64,000 bases of DNA from Desulfurococcales archaeon (GTDB taxonomy: Archaea; Thermoproteota; Thermoprotei_A; Sulfolobales; Desulfurococcaceae): positions 224,001 to 288,000 of the forward strand of contig JALVYU010000031.1 in the NCBI GenBank assembly GCA_027022365.1. The letters are read 5' to 3'. Below, one piece after another: positions 29,715 to 39,465 of the stretch. The translations under genes were made by a program, and so were the position numbers. The stretch's first letter is position 1, and every line of letters begins with the position of its first letter. The notes under the pieces are model-generated. The model ran no database searches, was not told where the DNA came from, and was given only the letters and a program-made list of their open reading frames with translations.

Positions 29715-30600
29715 ATAGTTCACCCAGCTCACTGGATACAAGTTCTAATCTGGTCTCGTCCCCGACGATCTCTCTGAGGAAATACTGGATCTCATCCACG
29801 TCTTCTCCAGTGGCTTTTACGAGCAGGGTATCGCCGGCTATCTCAACGGCTTTTATCTTATCAAATAGAATTAGCTTCGAAGCAAGCCTTCTTGGATCGG
29901 AAACACGTATTCTGAATATGGCTGTAACCCTATATCTTGCAACAATTGTGTTAATGTCGCCGTACTCTACTACTTGGCCCTTTCTGATAAACACTATATA
30001 GTTAGCTACCTGCTGGAGCTCAGGCAAGATATGAGTAGCAATAATAACTGTGACGCCGAGCTCGCTCATGAGATCTCTGATTAAACTTATGATTTCCTTC
30101 CTAGAAATAGGGTCGAGATTAGCGGTAGGCTCGTCGAGAAGCAGTATCTCGGGATCGCCTAGGAGAGCTATTGCTAGGCCAAGTCTTTGGATATATCCTC
30201 TAGACAGAGATTTTATGTTGAAATCAAGATACCTCGTAATACCCGTCAGCCTAGCTATCCTAAACACATCCTGTGAAGCAACGTTCCTAAGCCTGGCGAT
30301 GTGTCTGAGAAGAGTCCACACTTTAACCTGGGGATAAATGGGTTTCTCCTGCAGATACCCTATTTTTGAGCGCACCTTGAGCTCTTCCTTAACAGGGTCT
30401 TGTCCGAATACGTATACTTTTCCACGGGTTGGTTTTATGAACCCTAATATAAGTTTGAAGCTCGTCGTCTTGCCGGAGCCATTTGGTCCGAGAAGGCCAG
30501 CGGCTACGCCGCCCGGGATTTTGAAACTAGCGTTTCTCAATGCGTAGATGCTCCCTGCTCTTGAACGATATATTTTTGTGACATTATCGAACACGATCAA
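29689..30600 (-). CDS. ABC transporter ATP-binding protein
   Basis: GPNGSGKTT, LSRGYIQRL, LLDEPT, THIL. Confidence 0.93.
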   Translation of the reverse strand: MIVFDNVTKIYRSRAGSIYALRNASFKIPGGVAAGLLGPNGSGKTTSFKLILGFIKPTRGKVYVFGQDPVKEELKVRSKIGYLQEKPIYPQVKVWTLLRHIARLRNVASQDVFRIARLTGITRYLDFNIKSLSRGYIQRLGLAIALLGDPEILLLDEPTANLDPISRKEIISLIRDLMSELGVTVIIATHILPELQQVANYIVFIRKGQVVEYGDINTIVARYRVTAIFRIRVSDPRRLASKLILFDKIKAVEIAGDTLLVKATGEDVDEIQYFLREIVGDETRLELVSSELGELYEKLAGLN

Positions 30601-30607
30601 TGGGTCT

Positions 30608-31663
30608 TCACCCCGGAGTGTTCTTCAGAACGAACTCGAGCCCCTCTTTTATGACGCGCATTCGTGCCGACGCGGAGCCACCGTACTCTATTATTGTCTC
30701 CATGTTCGGGATGACCCTATGGTTAGCCACAGGGTAGAACACAGCATTGACATCTACGGGCTCCACGATATCCGCTCCCCTCACTGCAGCGTGTGCCTTA
30801 GCAGCTTTCATAAGTGCTATGCCTGCACGTGGGCTCAGCCCTAGCTCGAAATACTTGGATACAGGCTCCATGATCTCTGGTCTTGTTGCTCGGACAAGCC
30901 TAGCAGTGTAGTCGAGCATGTCTTCAGGGACAACTATCTTCTCTGCGACTATTTCCTGGGATTTAACAACCCACTCGGGCTCGACGACTGGTTCGAGCTC
31001 TTCAAGGGGTTCTCCAAGCCTCCTGGAGTGAAGTCTGAGGATTTCCTTCTCTTCCTCGAGGCTCTCTGGATAACCAATTATTATTCTCGTGAGAAACCTG
31101 TCGAGCTGGGCTTCGGGAAGGGGATATGTTCCCTCCTGCTCAATAGGGTTCTGGGTTGCGAGAACAAAGAAGAACTTGTTTCTTGCTCTGTCTTCGAGTG
31201 GGTAGGTCTTGCCCCCTATGGTTACCTCTCGTTCCTGCATCGCCTGTAGCATGGCGGACTGAGTTCTAGGAGTTGCGCGGTTTATCTCATCAGCCAAGAC
31301 TATATAGGCAAAGATCGGACCGAGCCTCGGCTCGAAGTTTAGCGTTTTGGGATTGTATATGAGACTACCTATTATGTCGGATGGCATGAGATCCGGAGTA
31401 AACTGTATTCTAGAGAAACCCTTATAGGGAACACCATTTATCTCAACGATTTCCGTCTCGTCAAGCCCCAGCAGTCTTGTGAGGGATCGAGCCATGGTCG
31501 TCTTGGCTACTCCTGGGACTCCCTCCAACAATACATGTCCATTAGCTAGCAGGGATATGAGGATATACTTGATCTCTTCATCATATCCTATGACTGTTTT
31601 CCTCATATTTTCAAGAATTTCTTTTGCGCCTCTAACCACATAGTCTATATCATGAGATTTCAT
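30608..31663 (-). CDS. moxR: MoxR family AAA+ ATPase
   Basis: GHVLLEGVPGVAKT, RIQFTPDLMPSD, LADEINRA, ATQNPIEQEGTYPLPEAQLDRF. Confidence 0.96.
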   Translation of the reverse strand: MKSHDIDYVVRGAKEILENMRKTVIGYDEEIKYILISLLANGHVLLEGVPGVAKTTMARSLTRLLGLDETEIVEINGVPYKGFSRIQFTPDLMPSDIIGSLIYNPKTLNFEPRLGPIFAYIVLADEINRATPRTQSAMLQAMQEREVTIGGKTYPLEDRARNKFFFVLATQNPIEQEGTYPLPEAQLDRFLTRIIIGYPESLEEEKEILRLHSRRLGEPLEELEPVVEPEWVVKSQEIVAEKIVVPEDMLDYTARLVRATRPEIMEPVSKYFELGLSPRAGIALMKAAKAHAAVRGADIVEPVDVNAVFYPVANHRVIPNMETIIEYGGSASARMRVIKEGLEFVLKNTPG

Positions 31664-31681
31664 GGTTCCCGTAACACCCTG

Positions 31682-32500
31682 CTACTTTGTCAATATGGTA
31701 TCGCCGATTTTGAGAACTGATGACCAGGGGACATCATGGAATGCGAGAGGAGATTCCTCAACATATTCTTCGAGAATATTCAGGGCATCACCATGTTTAT
31801 GTTTCATGATAATTCTTTTCACATCATCTAGTAAGGCGAGCGGTAACTTCCTATTGATTAGTGGGTCCCGCCACTCCGTTAAAGCCTCGTAGAGCTTTGA
31901 ATATCCTTTTTCCTTCAATCGGCGCAGGAAAGCAAGCCACTTGATCTCGCCCCGTCTCTCTAGGCTTTCACATCTTAATCCGGGCTCGCCTGGGCCAACC
32001 ACTATTTCTTTCGCATACCCCAGTATCCCTTTTTCGAGACTAATTACCAGCTTATCCATGATCACGTCTGGATCCAGAACTGGTTCTGAGCCTCTGCCTC
32101 TCCCCCTGTACCTGGCTTCCCTCGGCGTAGCCAGAACAATTGCAACGAGCTTTCCCGATGGTGTCTGAGACATGGATATTAGTTTGATCTCGTTTGGCTC
32201 AATAAATGATTTTAGTAAGGAAATATTCTGTTTGGCTCTCCTATACGGTATATCGAGGCCTTTCTCCCTTGCAAGAGCGACCAGCTCTTCGAGGCTGGCC
32301 TCGCTCTCTTTTTCTTTGATTCCTAATATGTTTGCGAGCTTCTCATAGTCGGGATACACATTATCCGTCTCGATCTCAACACAAATCTTCAACGTAACCC
32401 TGCCGTTCTTGACTGCTAGGCCGCAAACCTTTCCGAAAAACAATGCCTCGGAGTCGTACACATTGGCATTCATAAGCTCATTAATACTGTAGAACCTCAA
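31682..32500 (-). CDS. Tandem PRC-barrel-like protein
   Basis: ELMNANVYDSEALFFGKV and IMDKLVISLEKGILGYAKEI starts; VPWSSVLKIGDTILTK end; TTG start after GGTGG. Confidence 0.6.
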   Translation of the reverse strand: MRFYSINELMNANVYDSEALFFGKVCGLAVKNGRVTLKICVEIETDNVYPDYEKLANILGIKEKESEASLEELVALAREKGLDIPYRRAKQNISLLKSFIEPNEIKLISMSQTPSGKLVAIVLATPREARYRGRGRGSEPVLDPDVIMDKLVISLEKGILGYAKEIVVGPGEPGLRCESLERRGEIKWLAFLRRLKEKGYSKLYEALTEWRDPLINRKLPLALLDDVKRIIMKHKHGDALNILEEYVEESPLAFHDVPWSSVLKIGDTILTK

Positions 32501-32596
32501 TATTCGCCACCGCCTAGTTATCCATTTATCTAGGAGGAACTTCATATAAAAATATGATTCTATATTTGATCATTGTTATAGTTGGTGCGCTGAATC

Positions 32597-33493
32597 ATGA
32601 TCGATATATGCGGTGTATCGAGACAAGCCATTAGGATGGGTGTAGCCGACGTATATGCCTTGCTACAGGGCAGCAGTAGGTCTAGGATCAAGGGGGAGGG
32701 AATGGAGTATGTAGACTTTAGACCCTATGCGCCGGGCGATGATATTAGGTATGTGGATTGGAGAATGAGTGCTAGGAGGACGGGGCCTGGGAAGACAATT
32801 GATTTAGTTGTCAAGGAGTTTATGAGCGAAAAAATGGTCAATACACTTATAGCTGTGGATATGTCGTCTCAGCTGAACTTTAAAGAAAAAATAGCCGGGT
32901 CCTTGTACACGGCATCACTGATGACTAGCCTTGCGGGCATCCTAGAAGACAGAGTTTATGTCGGGATCATCCGGGATGATCGTTACAGGGTCTTCGTTCC
33001 GCATAGGCCGAGAGACGCGATCTACTATCTGGCCAATACTGTGTGTAGGGAAAAACCTAGTGGTGGAGAAATCGATTCTGCAGTGCTATTTGCTGATATG
33101 GTTAGAAAGACTAGGATGATAAGAGGGGGAGTATTGATCACGGATTACTCGCACCGGCCCGACTATATAAAATCGTTGAAAAACCTCTTCAGGGCAAGAA
33201 GGCTTGGTATCGCGCTAATATATATGTATGACTGGGCCGAGATCAATCCTCCCCTCGACAAGGGCTTTATCCCCATATGCAGTCTCAGCGGGGAGTGCAT
33301 AGTGAATGATATTGGAGAGATATACAAGGCTATAAGAGAGCATGTACAAAGAATACGGGCGGTATCGAGACTAGTAACACCATATACGCTCAGCTTGGCT
33401 GGTCTCCAAGGCGCTAGGGCGAACAAGCTAAGGATAATGGATGCATACCTGTCTATAAGGGCGAGGAAACCACCAGTCTTATCGAGGAGATGA
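32597..33493 (+). CDS. DUF58 domain protein (MoxR partner)
   Basis: GEGMEYVDFRPYAPGDDIRYVDWRMSAR, VVKEF, VDMS, ITD. Confidence 0.92.
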   Translation: MIDICGVSRQAIRMGVADVYALLQGSSRSRIKGEGMEYVDFRPYAPGDDIRYVDWRMSARRTGPGKTIDLVVKEFMSEKMVNTLIAVDMSSQLNFKEKIAGSLYTASLMTSLAGILEDRVYVGIIRDDRYRVFVPHRPRDAIYYLANTVCREKPSGGEIDSAVLFADMVRKTRMIRGGVLITDYSHRPDYIKSLKNLFRARRLGIALIYMYDWAEINPPLDKGFIPICSLSGECIVNDIGEIYKAIREHVQRIRAVSRLVTPYTLSLAGLQGARANKLRIMDAYLSIRARKPPVLSRR

Positions 33494-34005
33494 CTATGGA
33501 GAATACTCTGAGAGCAGGCATAATAGTTGTAAGCGACACGGTTTATGAGGGGAGCAAACAAGACGTTAGCGGAGAAGTAGCCCGTGAGATCCTCTCATCC
33601 AGAGGCTACCGTGTAGTCGACAAAATAGTTGTCCCCAATAGATACAGGGAAATACTGCGTGCGATCAACGAACTGTCGGGGAAAACAGACTTCATAATAG
33701 CCATAGGAGGCACTGGTCCAAGCCCCAGAGACATAACGGTAGACGTCGTAGAAAGTATTGCATGGAGGAAAATACCGGGATTCGGCGAGATATTCAGGCT
33801 AAGATCCTATGAGGAAATAGGGATGCGAGGAGCAATCTCTAGGGCAGAGCTATTCATACTGGCCAACGGCACCCCGGTCGCTGTAACCCCCGGCTCCACA
33901 GCGGCGGTCAAATTAGCTCTGAGCTTACTCCTAGAAATAATAGATCATCTCGTCGAGGAGTCACGCAGGTATGAGGGACAACACCGTATCTATGTTGAGA
34001 AATAG
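33490..34005 (+). CDS. moaB: Molybdopterin adenylyltransferase MoaB/MogA
   Basis: IVVSD, GGTGPSPRDIT, IPGFGEIFR, SRA, PGS. Confidence 0.93.
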   Translation: MTMENTLRAGIIVVSDTVYEGSKQDVSGEVAREILSSRGYRVVDKIVVPNRYREILRAINELSGKTDFIIAIGGTGPSPRDITVDVVESIAWRKIPGFGEIFRLRSYEEIGMRGAISRAELFILANGTPVAVTPGSTAAVKLALSLLLEIIDHLVEESRRYEGQHRIYVEK

Positions 34006-34037
34006 AAAGAAGAAAAAAGATGAATAACGTATCTTTA

Positions 34038-35312
34038 TCAACCAGTGATGTTGACGCCGTAGAATTCCTTCGCGGCCCTAAAGAATTCTTCCGGAGAAGC
34101 CGTTATTGTCGGCGCATCCCCAGCCGTCTTCTTGACTATATCGGGGTCCTTTAAGCCGTGACCTGTTACTAGCACAACTATTGTCTCGTCCCTGTCGACC
34201 TTGCCTTCCTTGAGGGCCTTGATCAGGCCTGCAAGGCCTGCGGCGCCGCTGGGCTCGGCAAATATACCCTCCATGCTCGCCAGAAGCTTCATAGCCTCAA
34301 TTATCTCTGGATCACTCACCACTACGCCGTAACCATTGGTTCTATAGAGTGCTCTCAGGCCCGCGTCGCCATCCCATGGGAATGTGTCCTCTAGGCCCGT
34401 TGCGATGGTCTCCGGCGGCTTCTCCCAAGGCCTTATCTTATCCGGGTCGGCACGCTCCATCCAGGCCCTGACGAATGGGTGGTTACCCTCAGGCTGTACT
34501 GCCACCATCTTGGGATACTTGTCTATCCAGCCAACATTGTTCCAGTCCCTAAACCCGTTATAGACTCCAGTTAATAGGCTGGCGGCGCCTGTAGGTATGA
34601 AGACCTGGTCCGGCACCCGTAGCCCTAGCTGCTCAACTATCTCCATGGCAATAGTCTTGGGTCCCTCGATCTGGTATGGGTTGAACGGCCCGAAGCTAGG
34701 GGATGGATAGAACCCATAGTTTTCCGCGAGCAGGCGCATCATCTTAACGGTCGGGTCTTCGGCCTCCGTCCATCTTACCCTGAACACCTTGGCCCCGTAG
34801 AATAGTAGCTGTGCGATCTTGCCGTACCCGGCGAAGTCGGGGACGAAGGCATATACTTCTATCCCGGCCCGAGCACCATAGGCGGCTAGAGCGGCCGCTG
34901 CGTTACCGCTGCTGGCGACCACCGCTCTTTTGAAGCCAAAGTATTTTGCCATGCTCACCGATACACTCATGCATCTATCCTTGAAGCTACCCGTAGGGTT
35001 ACGGGTCTCGTCCTTCAGGTATAGGTTTTTGAGGCCTAGATGCTCGGCAAGCCTCTTAGCTTTTATAAGCGGCGTGTAGCCTTCGCCCAAGCTGATAATG
35101 TATTTCTCGTCGGGTACTGGTAGGAACTCCTTGTATCTCCACATATTCTTGTCTCTCTTCTTGATTTCGTCGAGGCTTACCGCCTCCTTTATAGCCTCAT
35201 AGTCATATATTATGTCGAGTCTCCCCAGATCCTTCTTACGGCACATGACCGGTTTATCTTCCAGCCTATATATGGTTCCACAACGACTACATTTCAGATA
35301 CTGGACATACAC
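34038..35312 (-). CDS. thrC: Threonine synthase (PLP, fold II)
   Basis: CSRCG, SLGEGYTPL, NPTGSFKDR, SSGNA, EPSGAA, VTGHGLKD; GTG start at 35312 preferred. Confidence 0.9.
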   Translation of the reverse strand: MYVQYLKCSRCGTIYRLEDKPVMCRKKDLGRLDIIYDYEAIKEAVSLDEIKKRDKNMWRYKEFLPVPDEKYIISLGEGYTPLIKAKRLAEHLGLKNLYLKDETRNPTGSFKDRCMSVSVSMAKYFGFKRAVVASSGNAAAALAAYGARAGIEVYAFVPDFAGYGKIAQLLFYGAKVFRVRWTEAEDPTVKMMRLLAENYGFYPSPSFGPFNPYQIEGPKTIAMEIVEQLGLRVPDQVFIPTGAASLLTGVYNGFRDWNNVGWIDKYPKMVAVQPEGNHPFVRAWMERADPDKIRPWEKPPETIATGLEDTFPWDGDAGLRALYRTNGYGVVVSDPEIIEAMKLLASMEGIFAEPSGAAGLAGLIKALKEGKVDRDETIVVLVTGHGLKDPDIVKKTAGDAPTITASPEEFFRAAKEFYGVNITG

Positions 35313-35440
35313 TTCATGAACACCCGAGCGTTTCTCTATTCCTCTATGGTTGTCGCAGATAGGTATTATTGTTATCCATAGGATCATGGATAACCGTATT
35401 AGCGCTACATGACTATAACCTATCAACAGGGCGCAAGGTA

Positions 35441-36166
35441 TTGGTACGACACGTAAAGAAGGAGAAACATGCAATATGCTTTGAGATCCAGGACGCCATG
35501 AAGCGTACTGGATGCCCTATCTGCAGTATCCTGAGAAATCTAGAAGAGGACACGATCAAGTACATGCTGTACAGCCAGGTAAACGATCCAGCTGTCCGCA
35601 GAAAGCTGAGGCAAAGCCTCGGTCTATGCCCTTATCACGCATGACTTCTAGCAGACATCGTAAGGGGGAATCCAGAAATTGATCTCCTCGGTCCATCGAT
35701 AATATACGAGGATATGCTCAGAACATATCTTGAAGAAAGGAAAGACACTAGTGGTGAGTGCTTCCTATGTGCTAAAACAAGAGAGTTCGAGAGAATTTAT
35801 ATTGAAGAGATGGCTTCATGCATCGAGATAGATCCAACTATGCTCGACGAGTATAGTAGGAGCCGCTCGATACTGTGCCGCAGACACTATGAAATGCTTT
35901 TAAGTCATCTAGACGGGGTACTCAGAGCCAAGCTCAAAGAGATACAGCTCAAGAAACTTAAGAAGATACTACATAATCTCTCAGAATATACAGAATATAT
36001 AAGGAAGCAGGATTACAGGGTCGAAGAAGCCCTAACATACGATGAGGCACGGGCATGGCTGGACGCTATAATATTTCTGAAAGGAGAACGTATATCCACT
36101 AATATCTATTCAAGAGAGGAGGTCAGGGAGAAGCATAGGAGGCGTAGACGTCTATTCTTGTTCTAG
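35441..36166 (+). pseudogene. DUF6062-like Zn-binding protein interrupted by an in-frame TGA
   Basis: CPIC...GLCPYHA, TGA at 35642-35644, then an open frame into CFLC...LCRRH; both ORF-track fragments share one frame. Confidence 0.75.
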
Positions 36167-36469
36167 GTAATGCCATGCAGAATTATGTATAGGGCCCTCA
36201 ATACCGGTCTTCAAAAGATCCTCTATCTCCTCTTCAGCCAGAAGTATTCTTGCAAGCTTCAAAACATTTTCCATTGAAGGGTTCCGTCGAACACTCCTAA
36301 TAAGTCCTGGGTGGTATTCTTTAGAGTATATCATTGACTTTATTATGTCTTCGAGTAATCTTCTACCATCACTGTTCAATACATCTCTGCTGAAATATAT
36401 TCTATAGCCCCTCAGTAGTTTCCTCATCAGGTTCTCAGCATATTTTCGATAACCTGTCAATGCTTTCAT
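36152..36469 (-). CDS. Hypothetical protein
   Basis: 105 aa ORF filling the gap between genes. Confidence 0.7.
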   Translation of the reverse strand: MKALTGYRKYAENLMRKLLRGYRIYFSRDVLNSDGRRLLEDIIKSMIYSKEYHPGLIRSVRRNPSMENVLKLARILLAEEEIEDLLKTGIEGPIHNSAWHYLEQE

Positions 36470-36525
36470 CCATATTCTCGAAAAGATAATAAAATATTGG
36501 GGATTATTATAGCTTAGGTGTAATT

Positions 36526-37158
36526 ATGATCAGCCCTTCAACCGGTCATGTGAGATACGAACTATTTGTAGAAGCCATGGGGAAATTAAAAGAGGCAGCA
36601 CTACTGATGATTATTGGCAATATCTTGGCGTCGATCGGTACTGTTTCAATACTCCCCGCACTCGTTACAGGGTATCATGGCTTAGGCATTGGGCTGATCT
36701 CCGGTGCGGCAGCAATTGTGGGCCTCATCATCATATTGATCGCGCTATACATGCACGTGGTTCCCTCATTTGAGCTATTAAGGGATTACAAGCCCAGCGA
36801 ATACAGTACTGCGGCGACTCTTGTACGAATAGGTTATGTTTGGGGGGCAATACTGTTGATAGTAGGTATTGTTACGTTGATCATATTAATCGGCGCAGTA
36901 TTGTTGTTAATAGGTATAATCCTCTTACTACTCGGTAAAATAGGTATAATCATAGGCATGTTCCAGATAAATAGTGAAACAGGAGAATCAATGTTCTTAG
37001 TTGCAGGCATATTATTTATAATAGGACTATTCGTGCCCTTCCTATCATTTATAGGGTGGATACTGATCTACATTGCAGCGGATTCTGCTATAGCTAGAAT
37101 TAAGGAAAAAATAGGATCTCAACCAAGCACATCGCCAGAGTCAACAGACTTTATCTAA
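36526..37158 (+). CDS. DUF973/DUF996-like membrane protein
   Basis: About 6 TMs; C-terminal FLVAGILFIIG..FLSFIGWILIY; GGTG SD. Confidence 0.75.
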   Translation: MISPSTGHVRYELFVEAMGKLKEAALLMIIGNILASIGTVSILPALVTGYHGLGIGLISGAAAIVGLIIILIALYMHVVPSFELLRDYKPSEYSTAATLVRIGYVWGAILLIVGIVTLIILIGAVLLLIGIILLLLGKIGIIIGMFQINSETGESMFLVAGILFIIGLFVPFLSFIGWILIYIAADSAIARIKEKIGSQPSTSPESTDFI

Positions 37159-37170
37159 GACGGCACGAAA

Positions 37171-37216
37171 GCCTAAGCGTTAATGCTAGGCTCAGATACG
37201 AACCGGAAGTTTTTTG
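37171..37216 (+). terminator. Hairpin plus T-tract between convergent genes
   Basis: GCCTAAGC/GCTAGGC stem then TTTTTT. Confidence 0.4.
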
Positions 37217-37224
37217 TCACTTCA

Positions 37225-37650
37225 TTAATAACCCCTATTTTTCGGTAGATATATGTGTATTGACACAACCGCAACAAGTATTCTGCATTCCTTGTAACCG
37301 ATGGTTTCTAACCCTCCTTTGACGGGATAGACATATAATTTCATAGGCTTTACTGGTAGTAATTCCCAGATCTTACCCGGATCGATATCCTCTGGTTCGG
37401 GAACTCCCAGATCTATTACTATAACTGAATTCTTAAGCCCATAAGTACCGAGCTCGTCAGGGGCTGGTATGCAAACCCTGTGTATTATATCATTGATTGC
37501 TCTCGCTACGGCAACCATTGTTTCGGCGTGCATTAGATCAATGCCTATACCAGTCTCTATTATAAGGCGTCCATACCCCTTGTTTTTGAGATCAATATGT
37601 ATTTTCAGCCTTTCCTCAGGAGATTTAATTAAAAAATAGTTCTTTTTCAT
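37225..37650 (-). CDS. Lin0512 family protein
   Basis: IIETGIGIDL...AVARAINDII, LGVPEP, VKGGL, VAVVSI; true start may lie downstream. Confidence 0.75.
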   Translation of the reverse strand: MKKNYFLIKSPEERLKIHIDLKNKGYGRLIIETGIGIDLMHAETMVAVARAINDIIHRVCIPAPDELGTYGLKNSVIVIDLGVPEPEDIDPGKIWELLPVKPMKLYVYPVKGGLETIGYKECRILVAVVSIHIYLPKNRGY

Positions 37651-37674
37651 CGAGATTATTCACCTCTGAGAAAC

Positions 37675-39171
37675 TTATTGTAGATATTTCCATTCTAGGT
37701 ACTCTATGAAGTATTTGGCCTCGTACTCCTCGCCGAATGCTTTCCTTAGCAGTTCTTTGGGCGCGTAGGTGGAGCCCCACTTATGTATTTTTTCTCTCTG
37801 CCAGTCTTGGATCGGCTTGTACTCCTTGTTCCTTATTTTCTCGTAGAGGTCTGGCATGTCTTTGAGAAGATGGTGTCTCATCTGCGCCGCAACAAGGTTT
37901 CCGAGGGTATATGTTGGGAAGTAGCCTATGCTTCCTATGCTCCAGTGTATGTCTTGTAGGATGCCCTCAGAATAGTTTCTAGGCCTTACGCCTATGAGTT
38001 CCTCCATGTACTGGTTCCATATCTCTGGTAGTTCGTCAACCTTTATTTCACCGGTCAGTAATTGTTTCTCGAGCTTTGTCCTCAATAGTATGTGGAGGTT
38101 GTAGGTTACTTCGTCCGCCTCTGTTCTTATTAGGCTCGGCCTGACTGTATTGAAGTAGTAGTAGATGTCCTCAGCATCATAGTCTTTGAGGAAATCGAGA
38201 TACTGTTTAAGCAGAGGGGTCAGCACTTCTACGAACTCCTTGCTCCTCCCTATAATGTTCTCCCAGAACCTTGATTGTCCCTCGTGTATGCCTAGGCTTA
38301 CACCATTACCTATAGGGGTTGCCATTAACCGCTCATCGATCTGTAGCTGATAGAGTGCGTGGCCGAACTCGTGAACCACACTAAGTATGCTCCGCTTAAA
38401 GTCGAAGCCCTCATACCTAGTGGTGATCCTTACGTCCTTTATCCCCATTGACTGGGTGAAGGGATGGGCTGACTCGTCAAGTCTTGCTCTACTGCCTAAA
38501 GGAAAGCCTAGGATCTCCAATATCCTCTTATTGACGATCCTCAGTTTATCGGGATCATACTTGATCTTCTCGAGCTCATGCTCCGCCGGGTACTTGCCGG
38601 AGCTCATGATCTTCTCGAGTATCCTCCTGATCCTTGGCTCGAGGTACCCGAATACTCTATCAACGTCCCTCGTCCTCAAGCCTTCCTCGAAAAGATCGAG
38701 CAGTGCGTCGTAGGGATGTTCTTCCCAGCCTAGATAATCAGCTATTTTCCGGGCCAGCTGAACGATCTTCTCTAGGTATGGCTTGAATATACTGAAGTCG
38801 TTCTTCTCCTTGGCAACCCTCCAATACTGCGTGGCTTCCTGGCTTATCCTAGCGTACTCAGCTATTACTTCTGGAGGTACTTTCAGCGCCTTCTCTATGT
38901 TCCTCTTAACAACCCTGATAACGCCTTTCTCATAATCGTTAAGGTCTTCCTGTTTCTCGGCTTTCTCGACAAGTTCTCTTATCTCGGGGCTAAGTATGAT
39001 CTTCTGCTTCAGAACAGCTAGTTCCGATTGAGCGATTGCTCGCTCCTGTATTCCCTCTCTAGGCATGTAGGTCTCTGCATCCCATCCCATTAGAGCTGTG
39101 GCGTGATCCAAGGCCCATAGGACGCGTAGCTTATTGGTCAGTTCTTTTATCACGGGGTTCTGGAATACCAA
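37675..39171 (-). CDS. Carboxypeptidase, M32 family
   Basis: HPF, DVRITTRY, HEFGHALY, HEGQSRFWEN, IRTEADE, QDIHW, GYFPTYTLG. Confidence 0.97.
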   Translation of the reverse strand: MVFQNPVIKELTNKLRVLWALDHATALMGWDAETYMPREGIQERAIAQSELAVLKQKIILSPEIRELVEKAEKQEDLNDYEKGVIRVVKRNIEKALKVPPEVIAEYARISQEATQYWRVAKEKNDFSIFKPYLEKIVQLARKIADYLGWEEHPYDALLDLFEEGLRTRDVDRVFGYLEPRIRRILEKIMSSGKYPAEHELEKIKYDPDKLRIVNKRILEILGFPLGSRARLDESAHPFTQSMGIKDVRITTRYEGFDFKRSILSVVHEFGHALYQLQIDERLMATPIGNGVSLGIHEGQSRFWENIIGRSKEFVEVLTPLLKQYLDFLKDYDAEDIYYYFNTVRPSLIRTEADEVTYNLHILLRTKLEKQLLTGEIKVDELPEIWNQYMEELIGVRPRNYSEGILQDIHWSIGSIGYFPTYTLGNLVAAQMRHHLLKDMPDLYEKIRNKEYKPIQDWQREKIHKWGSTYAPKELLRKAFGEEYEAKYFIEYLEWKYLQ

Positions 39172-39465
39172 GATCGTGCACCTATTACGTTGTATTAGTT
39201 TTTATCATAACGTATTACTAAGCGATCTCAATATTATAAACAAATTGTTTCAACATCATTCTAATGCCTGTTCATAGCTTGACATATGATCATTTAGTTC
39301 AACTATTGACTCTTAGTTCTCGGCAAACTAATTCTGTGATTATTGATGAGATTAGAATTCATTGATTTAAGCTTGGTCAAAGAAATTATAACGGTTTTAT
39401 AGTCGATAATAAAGCTTATCTTTTATTTCTAAAAAGTATATGTATATACGAAGAATTTTAACTGG
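39172..39465. promoter_or_regulatory. AT-rich divergent promoter region for the M32 peptidase and cstA
   Basis: About 295 bp AT-rich, with dyads AAACAA-A-TTGTTT, GATAA-N6-TTATC and GTATA-N4-TATAC. Confidence 0.5.

Noticed and set aside
35313-35474. Long N-terminal extension of ThrC
   Set aside because: Overlaps the divergent gene; the GTG at 35312 follows a GGGTG SD and sits just before the first conserved motif.
35642-35644. Selenocysteine or genome-wide TGA=Trp recoding
   Set aside because: The position corresponds to Trp, not Cys, and many intact genes here end in TGA.
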